Of a stretch of DNA of 64,000 nt, positions 49,667 to 63,336 are shown one piece after another. The stretch comes from Nemertoderma westbladi (lineage: Eukaryota; Animalia; Xenacoelomorpha). Position 1 is the stretch's first letter, and the number at the start of each line of letters is the position of its first letter. The position numbers were made by a program, and so were the translations under genes. The DNA lies in assembly GCA_032718475.1 (NCBI GenBank), contig JAUCBJ010005615.1, positions 1-64,000 on the forward strand, written 5' to 3'. The notes under the pieces are model-generated. The model worked only from the letters and a program-made list of their open reading frames with translations, had not been told where the DNA came from and did not search any database.

Positions 49667-52600
49667 ATGAGTGTCTCAGAGAAGGAGGCACTAGAGGACA
49701 GCTATGAGACAGCGGCTGGACTGCCGACTGACGATAGTGTCAATATAACTGTTGACGACAATGCTGACTATGACGACGCAGCGAGTGATGCTGATTTAAG
49801 TGAACAGGAGGACGAGATAGAAACCAGTGAAGAAGACCAAGGTGAGGTAATATTATTAGGGTCCCCTACTACTACTGTAAGGAAGGATGGCACACCAGCC
49901 CAACCCAAGGTGAGTGATAAGAAGGGCAGTTTAGCTGGGCCGAGAGCTCAAAGCCCGGTTTCCAGACCCCCGTGGGTATGGTCAGTGCCGTGGTCCCAGT
50001 GGCAGTGAGGAGCACCCGGAGTTCCCGTAATAATCCCTCAAGTCCACCGAGTGTGAGTCAGGTAAGCGAAAGAGAACTGGACATCGCGATAAAAAAGAAA
50101 CTTCGCGCGCATGCCGGACATATAACCCGGACGACGGACAAGGTAAGGAAGATGTTAGCCGACTCTGGTAACATCGGAAGGGAAGGGTTAGTAGAGATTA
50201 GAAAGGGATACAACTCAGCGTTATTCAAGCAGACGGAGGAGCTTGCAGTCCTAGCGAAGAGAGCAGTGGAGTCCCAACCGAGCGAAGTGGCGACGAGGGT
50301 TTACGACAGGGCTTTGGCAGCCTTGTTAGAGCACCGCGCGTTATCGGAGCAATTCCAACGAGTTAGGACAGATAACTGGTTGCTATGGGCATCACAAGCG
50401 CAGGCAACTCAGGTAAGTGACGCAGAGTCGAGGAACTTAGTGGAGCAGGAAGAGATCCAAGACAAGGAAGAGAGAAGGTATCAGAGGGAAGTTACCAGCT
50501 GGCTGATGCAGAGTGGAGTGGTGGTACCGGGCCAGGTGCTACCGACGACGGAGAACATCCAACAGAGGACGTTAACTCCACCCGACGACGCATCTAGAGA
50601 CAGCGGCGATTCTCAGGTTAGTCACGCGCGAGGGAAGGTTATATGCGCTAGATCCCTTGTTTCTCACAACTCAGCGGAGGAGAGAAGACGCCGACTAGAC
50701 AAACAACAGGCAGAGGTCTTGCGTGCATCGGAAGCACGGAAGGAAGCCGAGCGAGAACGGGAGTGCACCCGGAAGTTAGACGCGAAGCTGCGAGAGTTGG
50801 AAGACATAAGTAAGCGTGAGCAAGCCGAGCGCGAACAGGAAGAACGCGAACTCCAACTCGAGCGCGAACGTGAAAAGAAGGAACTCCAGCTCGAACGCGA
50901 ATGGGAAGCCAAGGAACGCGAACAAAGGAGACGCGAACTTCAACTCGAACGCGAGTGCAAGGAGCGCGAACTCGAGCGCGAGAGGGAACGACGCGCATTG
51001 TACGAAGAGAAAGCGCGACTGGAAGAAGAGAGCGCAGCGAGACTCGCAAGGGAAGAAGAACAACGCAAACTGGCGCAATTGGAAAGTGCGAGACTAAACT
51101 TAGAAAGCGAAGAACGAACAAGGAAGGCGAATGAAATTGCCGAAAGGGGGATGCGAATGATTGAAGAATGTGGAGCGAGTGTAGGTACCGAGTTGCGAGA
51201 CCTGTTCGCACAGCAGAAGGCCGAACAGGAGGCGAGAACTCCGGTTATACGTGAGTCAACGGCGACCAGAATTCCTATACCCGGTCCAACTATTACAAGT
51301 ACTCGGATTGCTAAACCATTTTCTACATATCGCACGCCAGTTGGTATTAGTGCTTCACCCATCGCGCAGGATCCGCGCCATCAGGACGGCGCACTGCGGC
51401 ATAGTTATTATCGGGAGAAGGAGGAGTTTAGAGAAGAAACTCCGAGAGGCCGAGTATTGGGCGAACCGAACCCGCGGGTTTGGAATACACGGATGGATCG
51501 CCGACCCAGTTCGACGGAGAACTTCCAGGTTAAACCGGAAGAGGGATCATATGAGAGACAGCGGATTACTCAGATAGAGCCGACGATTCAGCAGAAACCT
51601 AGCCAGGAATTTATTACGAGGGAGGAGTTAAGTGCCAGTTTAGCGCAAGAAATATCGCCGCACATCCAACCTATAATGGACATGCTTAGTAACCTACAGT
51701 TAAAGGAAGCGGCCCAGGTAAGAAGTATTCCTAATCCTAGCAGGCCTGAACTAGATAAAGTCCAACCTAGTCAACGAGTACGCATATCGGAGGCAACTAT
51801 ACCATAGAGACCTCAGGTAAGAACGCCCGTTCCTATGATCCATAATCCCAACTTCGAAAATTCGGCGGAAAGATTTATACAAGAGGCTTGGGTCAGGGCT
51901 TCGGCACGTAAACCAACACGAGCGCTGACGACTGACACAGACTCGAGCGATGAAGAGCAAGAATTGAGACGTCAGAAGTCCTAAAACCGGAAGGAAAGAA
52001 GGACCGACACGGGGTAAGTATGAATCCCCGGGAAAGGCCCAGACTCGACAACCCTGCAGAGTTGACCAACTTATTAATCCGGAATGACGCCACCCTTCGG
52101 GATATTGGTAAGTTTGCTGCAAGGCAGGGATTGCCAGCGCAACAACCTCAGAGGTTTATGGGCAACCATAAACACTGGAGGACATTTAAGACTTATGTCA
52201 ATGAGCAGTTAACTAACAGTACCTTTACCCCCAATGAAAAATTCAATTACTTATTGCAAATGCTCCATCGAGAGCCAAGGACCATTGCCGACAATTTCGT
52301 CGGGAATGAAAATGCATTTGAACTAACAATGAAGACCCTTAGCGACGTCTATGGGAATAAAACCAAAATGGCACAATCAATAGTAGAGGATTTGGGCAAG
52401 GTTGGAAAAATTACAACACCGTTGGAACAGTTAAACTTGGCCAACGCCATTACAAATGCCCTAGATATTTTAAAAACAGTGAATCTACCACACTATGGTG
52501 ATCACGCTGAGGTTTTAAAGAGTATAATAAGACGCCTGAACTTTCGTTATCGGCAAAAATGGCGGAAATTAGAGAACAAATTGGAGGGTCAAGATAAAGT

Positions 52601-53483
52601 GTTAACACTCAGACATATTCACGATATGATAGCAACCGACGCTATCACAGAGATGAAGTCAAACTTCTCAGAGGAGAATATGAGAGAAACAAAACCTGCT
52701 TTGGGAAGGACTATGGTAAGTGTCAATGAAGACAGACAGTCTGTGACATTTAACACAGTAGACAAATATAACCAGAGTAACCATTCCCCCGCCTTGAGAT
52801 CAGACTCGCGAGTCTGGTCAGGTGAGAGGTCAGACAGACCTAGTATAAAGCAACAGGATTTGCCAGTTGGATTTGTGGGATGCCAGTTCTGCTTCTTAAA
52901 GGAAGTAAGGTCAGACGACCACAAGTTGGAAAATTGTAGGCGCTTCAAAGAACTGAGCTCAGAACAGAGATGGATTCAAGTGCGGACGTTAGATACCTGT
53001 TGGGCATGTCTTGCTCCAGGTCATGTAAGACGCCAGTGCCCGAACAGTGGAAACGGATGTGTAGAGTGTGGCAGATTACATCATAAACTGCTACACGCCG
53101 ATTTCCATACTCCTACAAATCGTTATCTACAGGAAAACTCGGATAAAGTGAGAGGTAAGATAATAGCTACATCTCTATACTCACGCGAGTCCATAGGCCC
53201 TCCAGACATAGATGTCTCAAGAAGAGATTGTAAAGACCATGATGAAAACGCTAGTGACTCGGAGGAGGAGTTATGTTCAGATAACGACCAGTTAGAACAC
53301 AGTTATTACACTGAAACAGATAGTGATTATACCCCTGAGGATGATATCGAAGAGCGCCATTTCGGTGCTAAAAGTGGGTGTAACAGACACAGAACGTTCC
53401 TAAGTGACGTCATTACATATACCTACATAACAGAGGGTCAGAACTTAGATACGTCTCAAGTTAGGTGTTGTGGTGCGGCCTAG
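49667..53483 (+). pseudogene. BEL/Pao gag of element C (frameshifts and stops)
   Basis: ORFs 49667-50008, 49972-51807 (coiled coil) and 52020-53483: PQRFMGNHKHWRTF..EKFNYLLQML..LSDVYGN (DUF1759-like); knuckles CQFC..DHKLENC, CWACLAPGHVRRQC, CVECGRLHHKLLH (BEL signature). Confidence 0.9.
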
Positions 53484-53655
53484 AGACTCATTGGAGCGGC
53501 CTAGAGACTTATTGGAGCGGCCTAGAGACTCATCGGAGCGGCCTAAGGACTCAGTGGAGCGGCCTAGAGACTCATTGGAGCGGCCTAGAGACTCATTGGA
53601 GCGGCCTAGAGACTCATTGGAGCGGCCTAGAGACTCATTGGAACGGCCTATAGAC
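53476..53655 (+). repeat. 21-bp tandem repeat (GCGGCCTAGAGACTCATTGGA), about 8.5 copies
   Basis: Direct reading; reads ERPRDSL in the frame continuing to TTRSGRVS. Confidence 0.9.
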
Positions 53656-54519
53656 TTCTTGGATCAAGAGACATACGTGACCACAAGATCTGGAAGGGTT
53701 AGCTATGACATAAAGCCACCCCTACAGATTGCGCAAGGAGCTCCAGGGTCCCAGTTAGTAAGTAACCGACAAGAAACGACCACACCAGTGGAGCCTTCGG
53801 TTTACAAATCTGCGGATTTGGATTCGAAGATTCCGTCAGTGGGATTGCAATTGTCACCAACACGCATTGAGACAGGAGACTATAACTTGTCTTCTGCCTC
53901 AAAACAAAATTAATGCCAGAAACGCAGATTCACTTCATATGCATTCCTCATATGCAAATACTTGGAAATGCATAGGAGCGGGTTTGTGGAGAATTGCGTT
54001 TGAAAATATGTTGGTGGGTATCAAATAAATTTTTTTTTTTTGCATTTGAAAGTTTGAAAGTTAAAAAAAAATTATAATTACAGTTGAACCCAAGACAAAT
54101 TCAAACGTAGAATAAACATGTGAACATGTTTATAAGAGTATAGTAATTCTGAAAGTCGTGACAAGTTTGAAGACATAGTATCTAAACACCATGGTTACGG
54201 ATATTATATTTAGGAGTGTAAATTGAGTTCAGTAGATTCCACAGATTGGTGCCAACAGTACAACAACCAAAGGTGCTAAAGGTTAGTAGCACCAGCGACG
54301 TACACAGACCCCACTCAGTAGTTTGTAGTGGAGAGAGGTGTTCGATAATCAAACCCGTGGGTTTGGTATAGTCGAGCAAATAATGTCTGTTCTAACTACT
54401 GTATTCTAGTACAAGTATTTGGGGAGTAATTTGGGCATCAAAAAAGTGAGTCGGTCACGGCCAGTTTATCTCCAAAGTTTTTGCGCTATGCATGGGAATA
54501 GATATAGACGGTAGCTTAG

Positions 54520-55120
54520 GAATGAGACGGGATCTAGAGAGCCGAACCTGAACTGCTGGAAGGCGGGCCAGGTAGCTCGGGATGTCGAGCCAAGACTGGT
54601 ATGGGCTTTATAGCTCATTTATTGTCTAATTGGGTTTTAAGTTGAAGACGCAGAAGAAGTATGAGGAGGCGTACAGTGAATATAATACGCCGTCGGGAGC
54701 TGAGTTCAAATCCCATTTCAAGTGACAAGCGTTGGTATATTGGAACATTTGCGCACCACCTCGTGCTTCGTTGCAGTATTATCTATTGTTGGAATCAAAC
54801 ACGGTAACTTGCTTGATAACAGACATAGTCGCGAGAATTTTGAAGCGCCATCCGTTGGTGTTTGGAGGAGCCCAGAAGGACGAAAGCGATCCGATGAGTA
54901 ACCCGATGATAACCGTCAATTTTAGCGGAAAGAAACCCCCAACGTCTGTTACACCGACGACTACGATTCCGGATCCTTATATAGTGAGATTGGAACTCAT
55001 ACTACTCCTGCCTTAGTCGAGATGTCGATGTGAGTGCCGATGAGGTAAAGATACGACCGAAAAGACAACGCAAGCTGTTCCGACATCCAGTAGACTCGCG
55101 CCGTCCATCCGTCTACTAAC
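54520..55120 (+). pseudogene. Degenerate accessory 3' ORF of element C, homologous to ORF 3-1682
   Basis: 54735-54866 aligns ungapped to 162-293 with 14/44 identities; upstream in-frame stops. Confidence 0.65.
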
Positions 55121-55991
55121 CATACCCACGATCCGCGATTTATACGATATTTTACTCCAAATTATTTCGGGAAGTTTCGACGCACGTATTATTAAGCCCG
55201 AATATGTCCAATGCGTTATATATCATCGTCGCTCTGATATATACGTCTAGATTTATTGCCCACCCATCACAAGTGGATTTTAATATATGTTATACTTATT
55301 TTTCATTTGATTTAGTTTAGACAGAATTTTTTTTATATAAAAAAGAAGGCCGAAAAATATTGAAAGGAAATACTTCTACTTTATAGTCCGTTGGAAATAG
55401 TAAATACTTTATACTATATTTGATTTTGTGTATATGACTTTATTTGCTCTAAAGTTTATTGAAAGAGGCAAAGGAAGTGATTGGGGAGACAAACCCGCGG
55501 GTTTGGCTTACTCCTTTCACTTACCTGAGCAATCATCAAACCAAGATGATTTGCGTTATTTATAAGAAATTAAGTAAAGTCCGAAAATGAAAGAAATTAT
55601 TACGTATTTTATATTTAATTTGATTGTCAGCCTTAAATGCTATAATATTTAGTTAAACATTTAGCCTCAAATACGTTTTATATTTTAGTTCTTTTGTTAT
55701 TATTGTTCTCTATAATTTGAGATGGGAAATGGGGGACATTGTCCTAGCCATGTTCCATTTCAATAAGTAAATTGTTAATTTGTAAATAATTCGAAGGAAG
55801 TATATTTTGTAATCTAATTTGTATTTGTATGTAATCATTTATGCAGTAAAGGTAGCAATATTTTGTATGTATTAGAATTATAATAGAACCAAGTTTATTG
55901 ATTTATTTGAAAGTAAATTTTATTTGTTATTCCACACCGCCATATTTCTTCTACAATTGGAGAGAAACATTACATGTTTCCCTTGGAGCGG

Positions 55992-57778
55992 TGTTGCGAT
56001 ATATGGCGTTGTGTACAGAACAACCCGTTATACAGTATAAAATAAGTTAGATAAGTGCGTATTGATGTGCAACCGTAATAATTAGATAGGGTAAATAAAA
56101 AATACACAAGTTCATTTTATATTCAGTCGATTTTATACAGTATGTAGCCCTATTTACGTCATTTTATAATAAAACCCTGATATATTCATTTGCGGTGGCA
56201 AAATTCTTTAAAACAAAATATGAATTTTGCCGTTTTCCAATATCTATCGAATCTAATACATTTATGCTAATTTTATTTACATATCCCTATAAATCGATGT
56301 TTATGCTAAAATAACGCCTAAATTGTGCTTTTAATAATCGCCAAATTAAGTTGAGGCGATTACGTGCATTAATGATCCCAAATTGAGTTCTGCCCACTGG
56401 TTGGTCGAAAATCCAGCTGAGACAACCCTGGATGTCGCCTGATTATGTGAGCAAATTTGGACTTTGCGTCATTCCTACAGTTTTGCAGTAGCCATCTTTA
56501 TTCTTCGTTTTTTGCACTTCCGTTGGTTGTAAATGTTGCTGCTTTCTTCATACATTTGTGACTTTTGAATATGATTACTGCTTAGTCTGACTGTTGATTA
56601 TATATTTCTGATTGCAAATATAATTGCCGCAATGTAGTGAACCAAAATCAACGTTTGTTTCCTTCGACTGTCTGACTGTCTGATTGGTTTTTACTATGTT
56701 TGCGCCGTCACGGTAACTGCCCTCTTTAACATGTTGGGCTAGGGGTAGGCGCCGCGGGCTCACTGTTTGGAAGCGACGGGAGAAGTTGGAGGATCCAATG
56801 CACGGCACTACCGGCGGGGCTGGTGGCTGCGGTTGGCTGAATTAAGTTTAGGACCGAGGGCCGGTCGCCATTAAGGCTGTAAGGGGCAAGGCGACCTAGA
56901 TCTTGTCTCTCAGATTTGCTATTAGGCTAGCTAGGTTTAGGTAGAAAGATCACATTGATCTGGGGTGACCTTAGCCGTTTACGCTTGCTAATGCTACGTT
57001 TATGCTAATGCTACTTTATGCTATGCTACACTAATGCTAACGCTACGCTAATGCTAACGCTATTTATGTGTAATGTTTTAGATAGGTGCTATATACCGTA
57101 CCTTGATTGTTTCTGTTTTCTATTTATGCTTGTTAAATTACTGTTAGCTCCAATAATACGGTATTTAGGCTGTCTTTAGTGTAGCCCAGTAACGTAACTA
57201 ATTAGCGTTACAAATTCTGGAATACCTAATAATTAGTTCGCAACCCCGTACATTTGAGTAAATGTAGTTTATGTATGATAGTATTTAGAATAAAATAAGG
57301 ACTTCGTACGCTGCATAGCGGAGAATAGTTTTAGTTATTTACACTTAGGAAATACAGAAATATCTTTGGACAAATTTACACTAGGTGGTTATCTAAAAAA
57401 TAGTGGGTTTGCAAGTCTACAGTAGTTGCAAGCGTAGCGAGCAGTAATATAGCTGATTACAGTCAGCGCTAAGGGTACCAGGGTTTAGGTAAATAATTTC
57501 CCCCCTTTTGCATTATTAAATATTCTCACATTCAACATTTGTCCGCCTGACGAACTGCTTTATTTCTCTGTGAAGGGTGAACAATTGGAGTGTTAAGTCA
57601 CCAACACTCGTATTAAGTAGCTTGGGAAGCCAAATCAGATTTATTGTTTTGGTTGTTTCTGTTTCGGCTTGTGTTTAGGGCAATTAGCTTGGTATGTTAT
57701 AGTTTGATTAACCTCATTGTTTCATTCGAAAATACGAACATATCAAAAGGAAGAATCCCCTTTGAGATTTCTTTAACA
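55992..57778 (+). repeat. 3' LTR of element C (1787 bp)
   Basis: Near-identical to 46099-47891; preceded by PPT and followed by TSD. Confidence 0.97.
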
Positions 57779-57975
57779 TTATAAATGATAGAAACTGCAC
57801 AAATTAAATTAGTTGCTGTATAAATAAATGTAAAAGTGACATAAATTATGTTATAAATAAGTTAGCTTATATTTATGGTGGCGTTTGGCAGTTTGGAGCC
57901 ATGTTATAATAATGTCAAATGTAGCTAGGCCCTACTGGCTGACTGGCTGACTGGTTATTAATAGATATACCCCGC

Positions 57976-58550
57976 GGGTGTTTGAAAAAGGTGGACTGGA
58001 CACAGAAAACATGGACAATGGACTGATGGACAGACCAATCACGGGCGATTTGCGTCACACAGCAAGTCCACCTTTTTCAGCTTTGTTGTCCACCTTTTTC
58101 AAATTTGAATAAGGTGGACTGGGTTGAGAAAGAACAGGCAATGAATTGACCAATCAGATTCATTTGCACATTATAGCAGCTCTGTCCACGTTATTCAAAT
58201 ATTAAAGAAGGTTTTTATGGATTATTATTGTTATTATTATCCCATACTTACTGTGATTGTGTTGTAAGCTGGTAAGTCTATAGGGGGGCAATCTGCGCGG
58301 GGGGGGGGGGGGGGGGGGGGGGGTAGATACGGCTAGGACACCGGCAGGCGACAGCATTCTTAATGCCTGTAATGCAGCTGCTTCCAGCATCCAGCATGCC
58401 CATTATACGATTATAGATAGATAATTGAAACCTGAAAAACTTGGACAGTCCAATCACTAATAAATAGCATTGCTTTAATACGTTTCTGATTGGTCAGACT
58501 ATTATCTATGTTTTTTGTGCATGTGTCCAGTCCACCTTTTTCAAACACCC
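57976..58550. mobile_element. Mutator-like MITE
   Basis: TIR GGGTGTTTGAAAAAGGTGGACTGGACACA; 11-bp direct repeat ATATACCCCGC on both flanks; the empty site is seen near 38376-38398. Confidence 0.85.
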
Positions 58551-60331
58551 ATATACCCCGCCTACCGGTAGGTATTGCAGTAGGCCTATTTGGCTGTCAG
58601 GCAAATTTCCACCTATTGTTTATGTGGTAACCATTGACGCCTTAACTTTACAGCTCGCCGTCATTGGTTACTACATACTACCTGACTACATAAACATGGG
58701 ACATTACAACACCCACTACAATACTAATTATACAGACCAATACAATGTTGTAAGTTACAGTATGTCGTCTAAGGTTGTAAAGTGCTAAATAACAAATCGC
58801 TGTTAATAACGGCGCTGAGTAATGTTACAATTTGGAATAAAATGTTTTTCATACCTTCATTCCAGCATTCCCTTAACCTGCATAATATCGGGAGGTGTAA
58901 AGAGGCAGGCAGCGCAGGTTTACTGGGTTAGCAGGCAGGACTATTTGACTATACTGTAACTGTACTGTGTGTACTCCAGTTATATATATTATACGGTCTG
59001 ACGGCTGGACGGTGGACGGTCCGGTCAGACGGTAGGTCCCCTACTACGCATATCTAAACTAAAGATCACGCATACTATCTGACTATCAGATTAGTACAGC
59101 AAGAGGCAGAGAGGTCCAGAGGCTGAGACGAGCTGCACTGTATTTAGTAAGGTTCTATAAAAAATATATATAATAATAAATAAATATAATTAAATATAAA
59201 TGATATAAATATATAATATAATAATGTCTAATGCCGTAATGTACCCGTACCGTTCCTGTACCAGGAGTGCAGGACCAGCTGGCTGACTTGACTGGACTGG
59301 TAGTGTAGGGTACTTCAAATTTCCCGCCAACTTGTATCCACATGATGATTGTAAGCAAAAACGTGGGAACACGAACAGTAGTAACGAGTCGACTAAAAAA
59401 TTATTGCTGTTTTTCACCGAACCTTGCATGGCATAGTAAATGTTTCGGGTGATTATGGTAGGAAATTTTATTGCGATCAATAATCCGACTCGACTGATGC
59501 CCAGCTTCCATCATTTATTGTTTTGTGTAATTTACAATTAAAAAAATTGTCCCCAGGAACGGTTTAAGACAATTCGAATTCAACCAATTGCGTCCATATA
59601 TTTTAGTAATTAAATTACTGTTGAAATGAACAAATGATACATGTTTACATTACAATTAAACTTTACATCATTGGAATCCCATCTTATGACGTACTTTAAT
59701 GATAATTTTCATTTCAGACACACTTCATATATTTTTGCTGGAGACGATATAATGTAAAGTGAGTTATTCAATGTAGAGTATTTGGCTGGAAGCTTAAATG
59801 GTTTTTTAAATATATTAAGATAAAGATATAAACCTGAATTTAAGATTGATATTGATCCTGCAATGGTATGTTATTAAATACATTTTTGTACAATACTGAA
59901 ACAAAACACAACTGGTTCGATATTTGGAAAGCCCAGAAAATTCTGCATCTATTATGCCTAAAAACGCAAAATCGACCATGTGGTCCCCAGGTACCTTTTC
60001 TCGCAACCAGCCACATATATAAATTTTGAACATAAACATTATTATTATTATTAATGTACAACACTTCATTATCGTGTTAAAACGATATAGCAAAGTTAAA
60101 ATTAAGCATCAGTTAATTAAAATATTTATAATTTACCGACGACATGCAAGGTGTAATACATTATCTTCTGGACTACTATAGTAGGAAGCCAATTATTCGA
60201 TTTAATAAATACACAGAATTCTGTTCAATGTGTTCAAAGAATTCTGTTTATCAATTTTATAAAAAATTTATATAAATATAAATTTCCGTTGGTTTGGTTA
60301 GTCGACACTGACGTCAATGTAGCCTCAACGG

Positions 60332-60962
60332 CAGGGCCGGATTAACCTAAAAGCAAACTCGGCACGTGCCTAGGGGCCTCTGCTCAAGAGGACCTCAAAA
60401 AAAATTTATAATATGCATTAAAAATAAAACAAAAATGTTGTTAAACAAATAGTCATTCTCATTTATGTGCGTTAATTATTCATGATATTAATGAATAAAA
60501 ATAATAATAATAGATAAAAAAAAAAAAAACATTGCATAAATATATAAATATTTAAACCGGTTTAAAAATAGTCAGTACCTAGAAAGAGGAAATTTAAATA
60601 ATAATGATAATATTTGTGCCCAAAAACTAGGGGCCTCCTCTACAGGTAGTTCCCCTTCCCAAGTACTCTACAAACATACGCACCCAGCAACTTTACCGGT
60701 TATATTGACTGTAACCATTGTCGCTCTATACAGCTTTGCCAATTCCTGAGCGCGTATTCATTTTTATTTAGAATTAAAATTTTATTATTTTTGATGCAAT
60801 TGGCAACATTATTTTTTATGAAGAACAATTCGAGTAGAAATATTTTATGCGAAATACTGTATATACAAAAATCCAACCCCCCTCACCTGAAAAAATTTTG
60901 GGGTGGGTCCTCAAATGCGTCTATGCCTAGGGGCCACACATATGCTTCTTAATCCGGCTCTG
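60332..60962. mobile_element. hAT-type MITE
   Basis: TIR CAGGGCCGGATTAA / TTAATCCGGCTCTG; 8-bp TSD CTCAACGG; subterminal GCCTAGGGGCC. Confidence 0.9.
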
Positions 60963-61324
60963 CTCAACGGTGATCATCATTGATCAGATCAACCTTAATG
61001 TACTTTGTGGTCTTGATAATCTTTGTATCCAACAATTTTTGACGTACAGTAAGAGTCCCACAAATCTCCGCGGAAGATCCAAGATGTTTGTGTTCATTTA
61101 CATTGTAATAATATCATTATAATCATGAATCATTTATTGCATGGTTATGAGCACCTGTTGCATGTTGTGTTGTGTAGGCTAATCTTGAACGAACCAAATC
61201 CTTCCATCTTTAACCTCCAATAGACTGAAGGCCATTATTATTGAGCCAAGAATCAGAGATTAACTATATTATTGTTTGATCATAGCAAATTCTGTTTTAT
61301 ATTATTTTTGACTACCTATTTGGA

Positions 61325-61843
61325 ATGGCTGCCACTACCGGTATGCGATGTGTACGGCGTCTCAACCACCGAGGACTATGTCTGAACGGCAGACTATGGA
61401 CTATATGCCCCAGAATCGAGCCCATACGCAACGTGAGTGTGTCACGAGGAATAAACTGGGCTAAACACTACACAGAGAAACACGAATGGGCGGAGATCCG
61501 GGACAACACGACCGTGGCGACCATCGGGATTACGAACCATGCGCAGGATGCATTGGGCGATGTCGTCTACGTGTCGTTACCCGAAGTCGGGGACAACGTG
61601 AGCAAAGATGGAGAGTGCGGAGCTCTGGAGAGCGTTAAAGCCGCCTCCGATGTCTACAGTCCTGTTGAGGGCGAGGTTGTTAAGGTTAACGAGAAGTTAG
61701 AGGGAGACCCCGGACTGGTTAATCGCGACCCCGAGGGGGAGGGGTGGTTATACCAAATCAACATGGCTGATTCCACTGATGTCGACGGTTTAATGTCGGA
61801 GGAGCAATATAATGAGTTTGTTAAGGACGACTCGAAACAATAA
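61325..61843 (+). CDS. GCSH: Glycine cleavage system H protein, mitochondrial (intronless CDS)
   Basis: Arg-rich transit-like N-terminus; YTEKHEW, IGITNHAQDALGDVVYVSLP, lipoyl motif ESVKAASDVYSPV, LVNRDPEGEGWL. Confidence 0.96.
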   Translation: MAATTGMRCVRRLNHRGLCLNGRLWTICPRIEPIRNVSVSRGINWAKHYTEKHEWAEIRDNTTVATIGITNHAQDALGDVVYVSLPEVGDNVSKDGECGALESVKAASDVYSPVEGEVVKVNEKLEGDPGLVNRDPEGEGWLYQINMADSTDVDGLMSEEQYNEFVKDDSKQ

Positions 61844-63278
61844 TAGTTGTACAATATAAATTAAATAGTAAAATAATATAATATTCACAGTATAATTTAT
61901 TATGTTACTATGCTGACATTCAGGCGGAGGGAGATGTAGTCACTGCTTCTGTGGTGTTTGGAAGAAGAGATAGACAGTTCAATTTGCATTGCATTAGTTG
62001 AACTACAATATTATTTAGTCACTTTTTTGTAGTTGACAGATTTTGTAATAATGATTTTTGCATTTTATATAGTATGCCAATTATAAAGTATATAAGTACA
62101 ATTTGCCCACCGCGTCCGCGTATGATTATAATTTGAATGAATTAATTGAAATTTTCATTGTAATTTTGAGATGTGTGAGATTTATATTAAGTGATATTAA
62201 TTTAAATAATGAAAAGGCCATTTGATAATTTCTATTCTATATTGATAATTATAAACCATTGCAGTCAACTACAGGGCGGGACTGTCTTCTAATTAGTTGG
62301 GAATTCCTTTAGAAGATAGGCCGACCAGTTGTGTTTACATATTTTAACGCATATTGTAAGTAATTATTAATTATATTTAACGATTCCAGAAATCATGCTT
62401 TAATCTTAAATTGTTACTTTTTCCCTTGAATTTAGACCAAAATCGGGAGTAAAAGTATCACTTTTTTTCTTAAATTACATTACATATATTGAAAAAGCAT
62501 CGACGTAGAAAAGGTTTGCACGTTCTTTGAGAAAAATCCATACAAGCACTCAAAAGTTATGGCAAATTTAGTGTCTGCAAGGCGAACTCCAAAACGAAAC
62601 TCATTCAAACTAAATCATTTAACATTGAGTAAGGGAGCATCAGGAGTTGAAGAGTACAATAATTGGAATCGCAGTAACTATGGAAACAACATAGTAAAAT
62701 ACTACAGCTTAATTTATTTTGTAACACTATATATGGCTGTACGTTTTATTAAAGAATTGAATAACAAAAAAGTACCAATTTAAGAATAAAATTACGTATT
62801 ACATGGGGAAAAAACGTAGAACATATTTTTTTCAATATTCTCTCGACCCTTTATTAACCTCGCTGGCAATCGGTAAATAAAATGCCTCGAGAATAGTGAA
62901 AAAAAGTTCTACTTTTTTCCCATGTAATAAATAATTATTTCGTTTTTTTTTGTAAAATAACACTTATTTTATTGTATCGTAATCTACAGTGGCTGAATGT
63001 GGCCAGTTTCAACCCGGGTGGGGCTTATCACTTACGCCTTTAGTACCCGAACCACCCCCCACAATGATCTATAATGGTTTGGGTAACACCACCAATGGTA
63101 GCTAGGGCTAGTCTTTACTTTAGGAGTGATTTCCGCCGACTCCCCCCCCACCCCCATATGGGGGTAATTCACAGGAGGAAGTTCTAAGCTTTAATATTAG
63201 CTTGACCTTCGACTTAACACATTTGTAAATGAGTGGATAACTTTAAGGAAAGCAATAAACTCAATAACATTGAGTAAA

Positions 63279-63336
63279 GGCGGGGTAGCTCAGTTGGCTG
63301 AGCGCCGGGCCTGCAATCTATTGGTTGTAGGTTCAG
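63279..63336 (+). mobile_element. tRNA-derived SINE head or truncated tRNA-like sequence
   Basis: GGCGGGGTAGCTCAGTTGGCTGAGCG (A box, D arm), CTGCAA loop, GGTTCA (partial B box); no complete T arm or acceptor stem. Confidence 0.5.

Larger units (their letters stand above)
46099..57778 (+). mobile_element. Complete non-autonomous (pol-deleted) BEL/Pao LTR retrotransposon C
   Basis: TGTT...AACA LTRs at both ends; TSD TTATA at 46094-46098 and 57779-57783; PPT GGAGCGG at 55985-55991; BEL gag inside; no PR/RT/RH/IN motifs. Confidence 0.95.

Noticed and set aside
63279-63336. Functional tRNA-Cys gene
   Set aside because: T arm and 3' acceptor stem are missing; more likely a SINE head or fragment.
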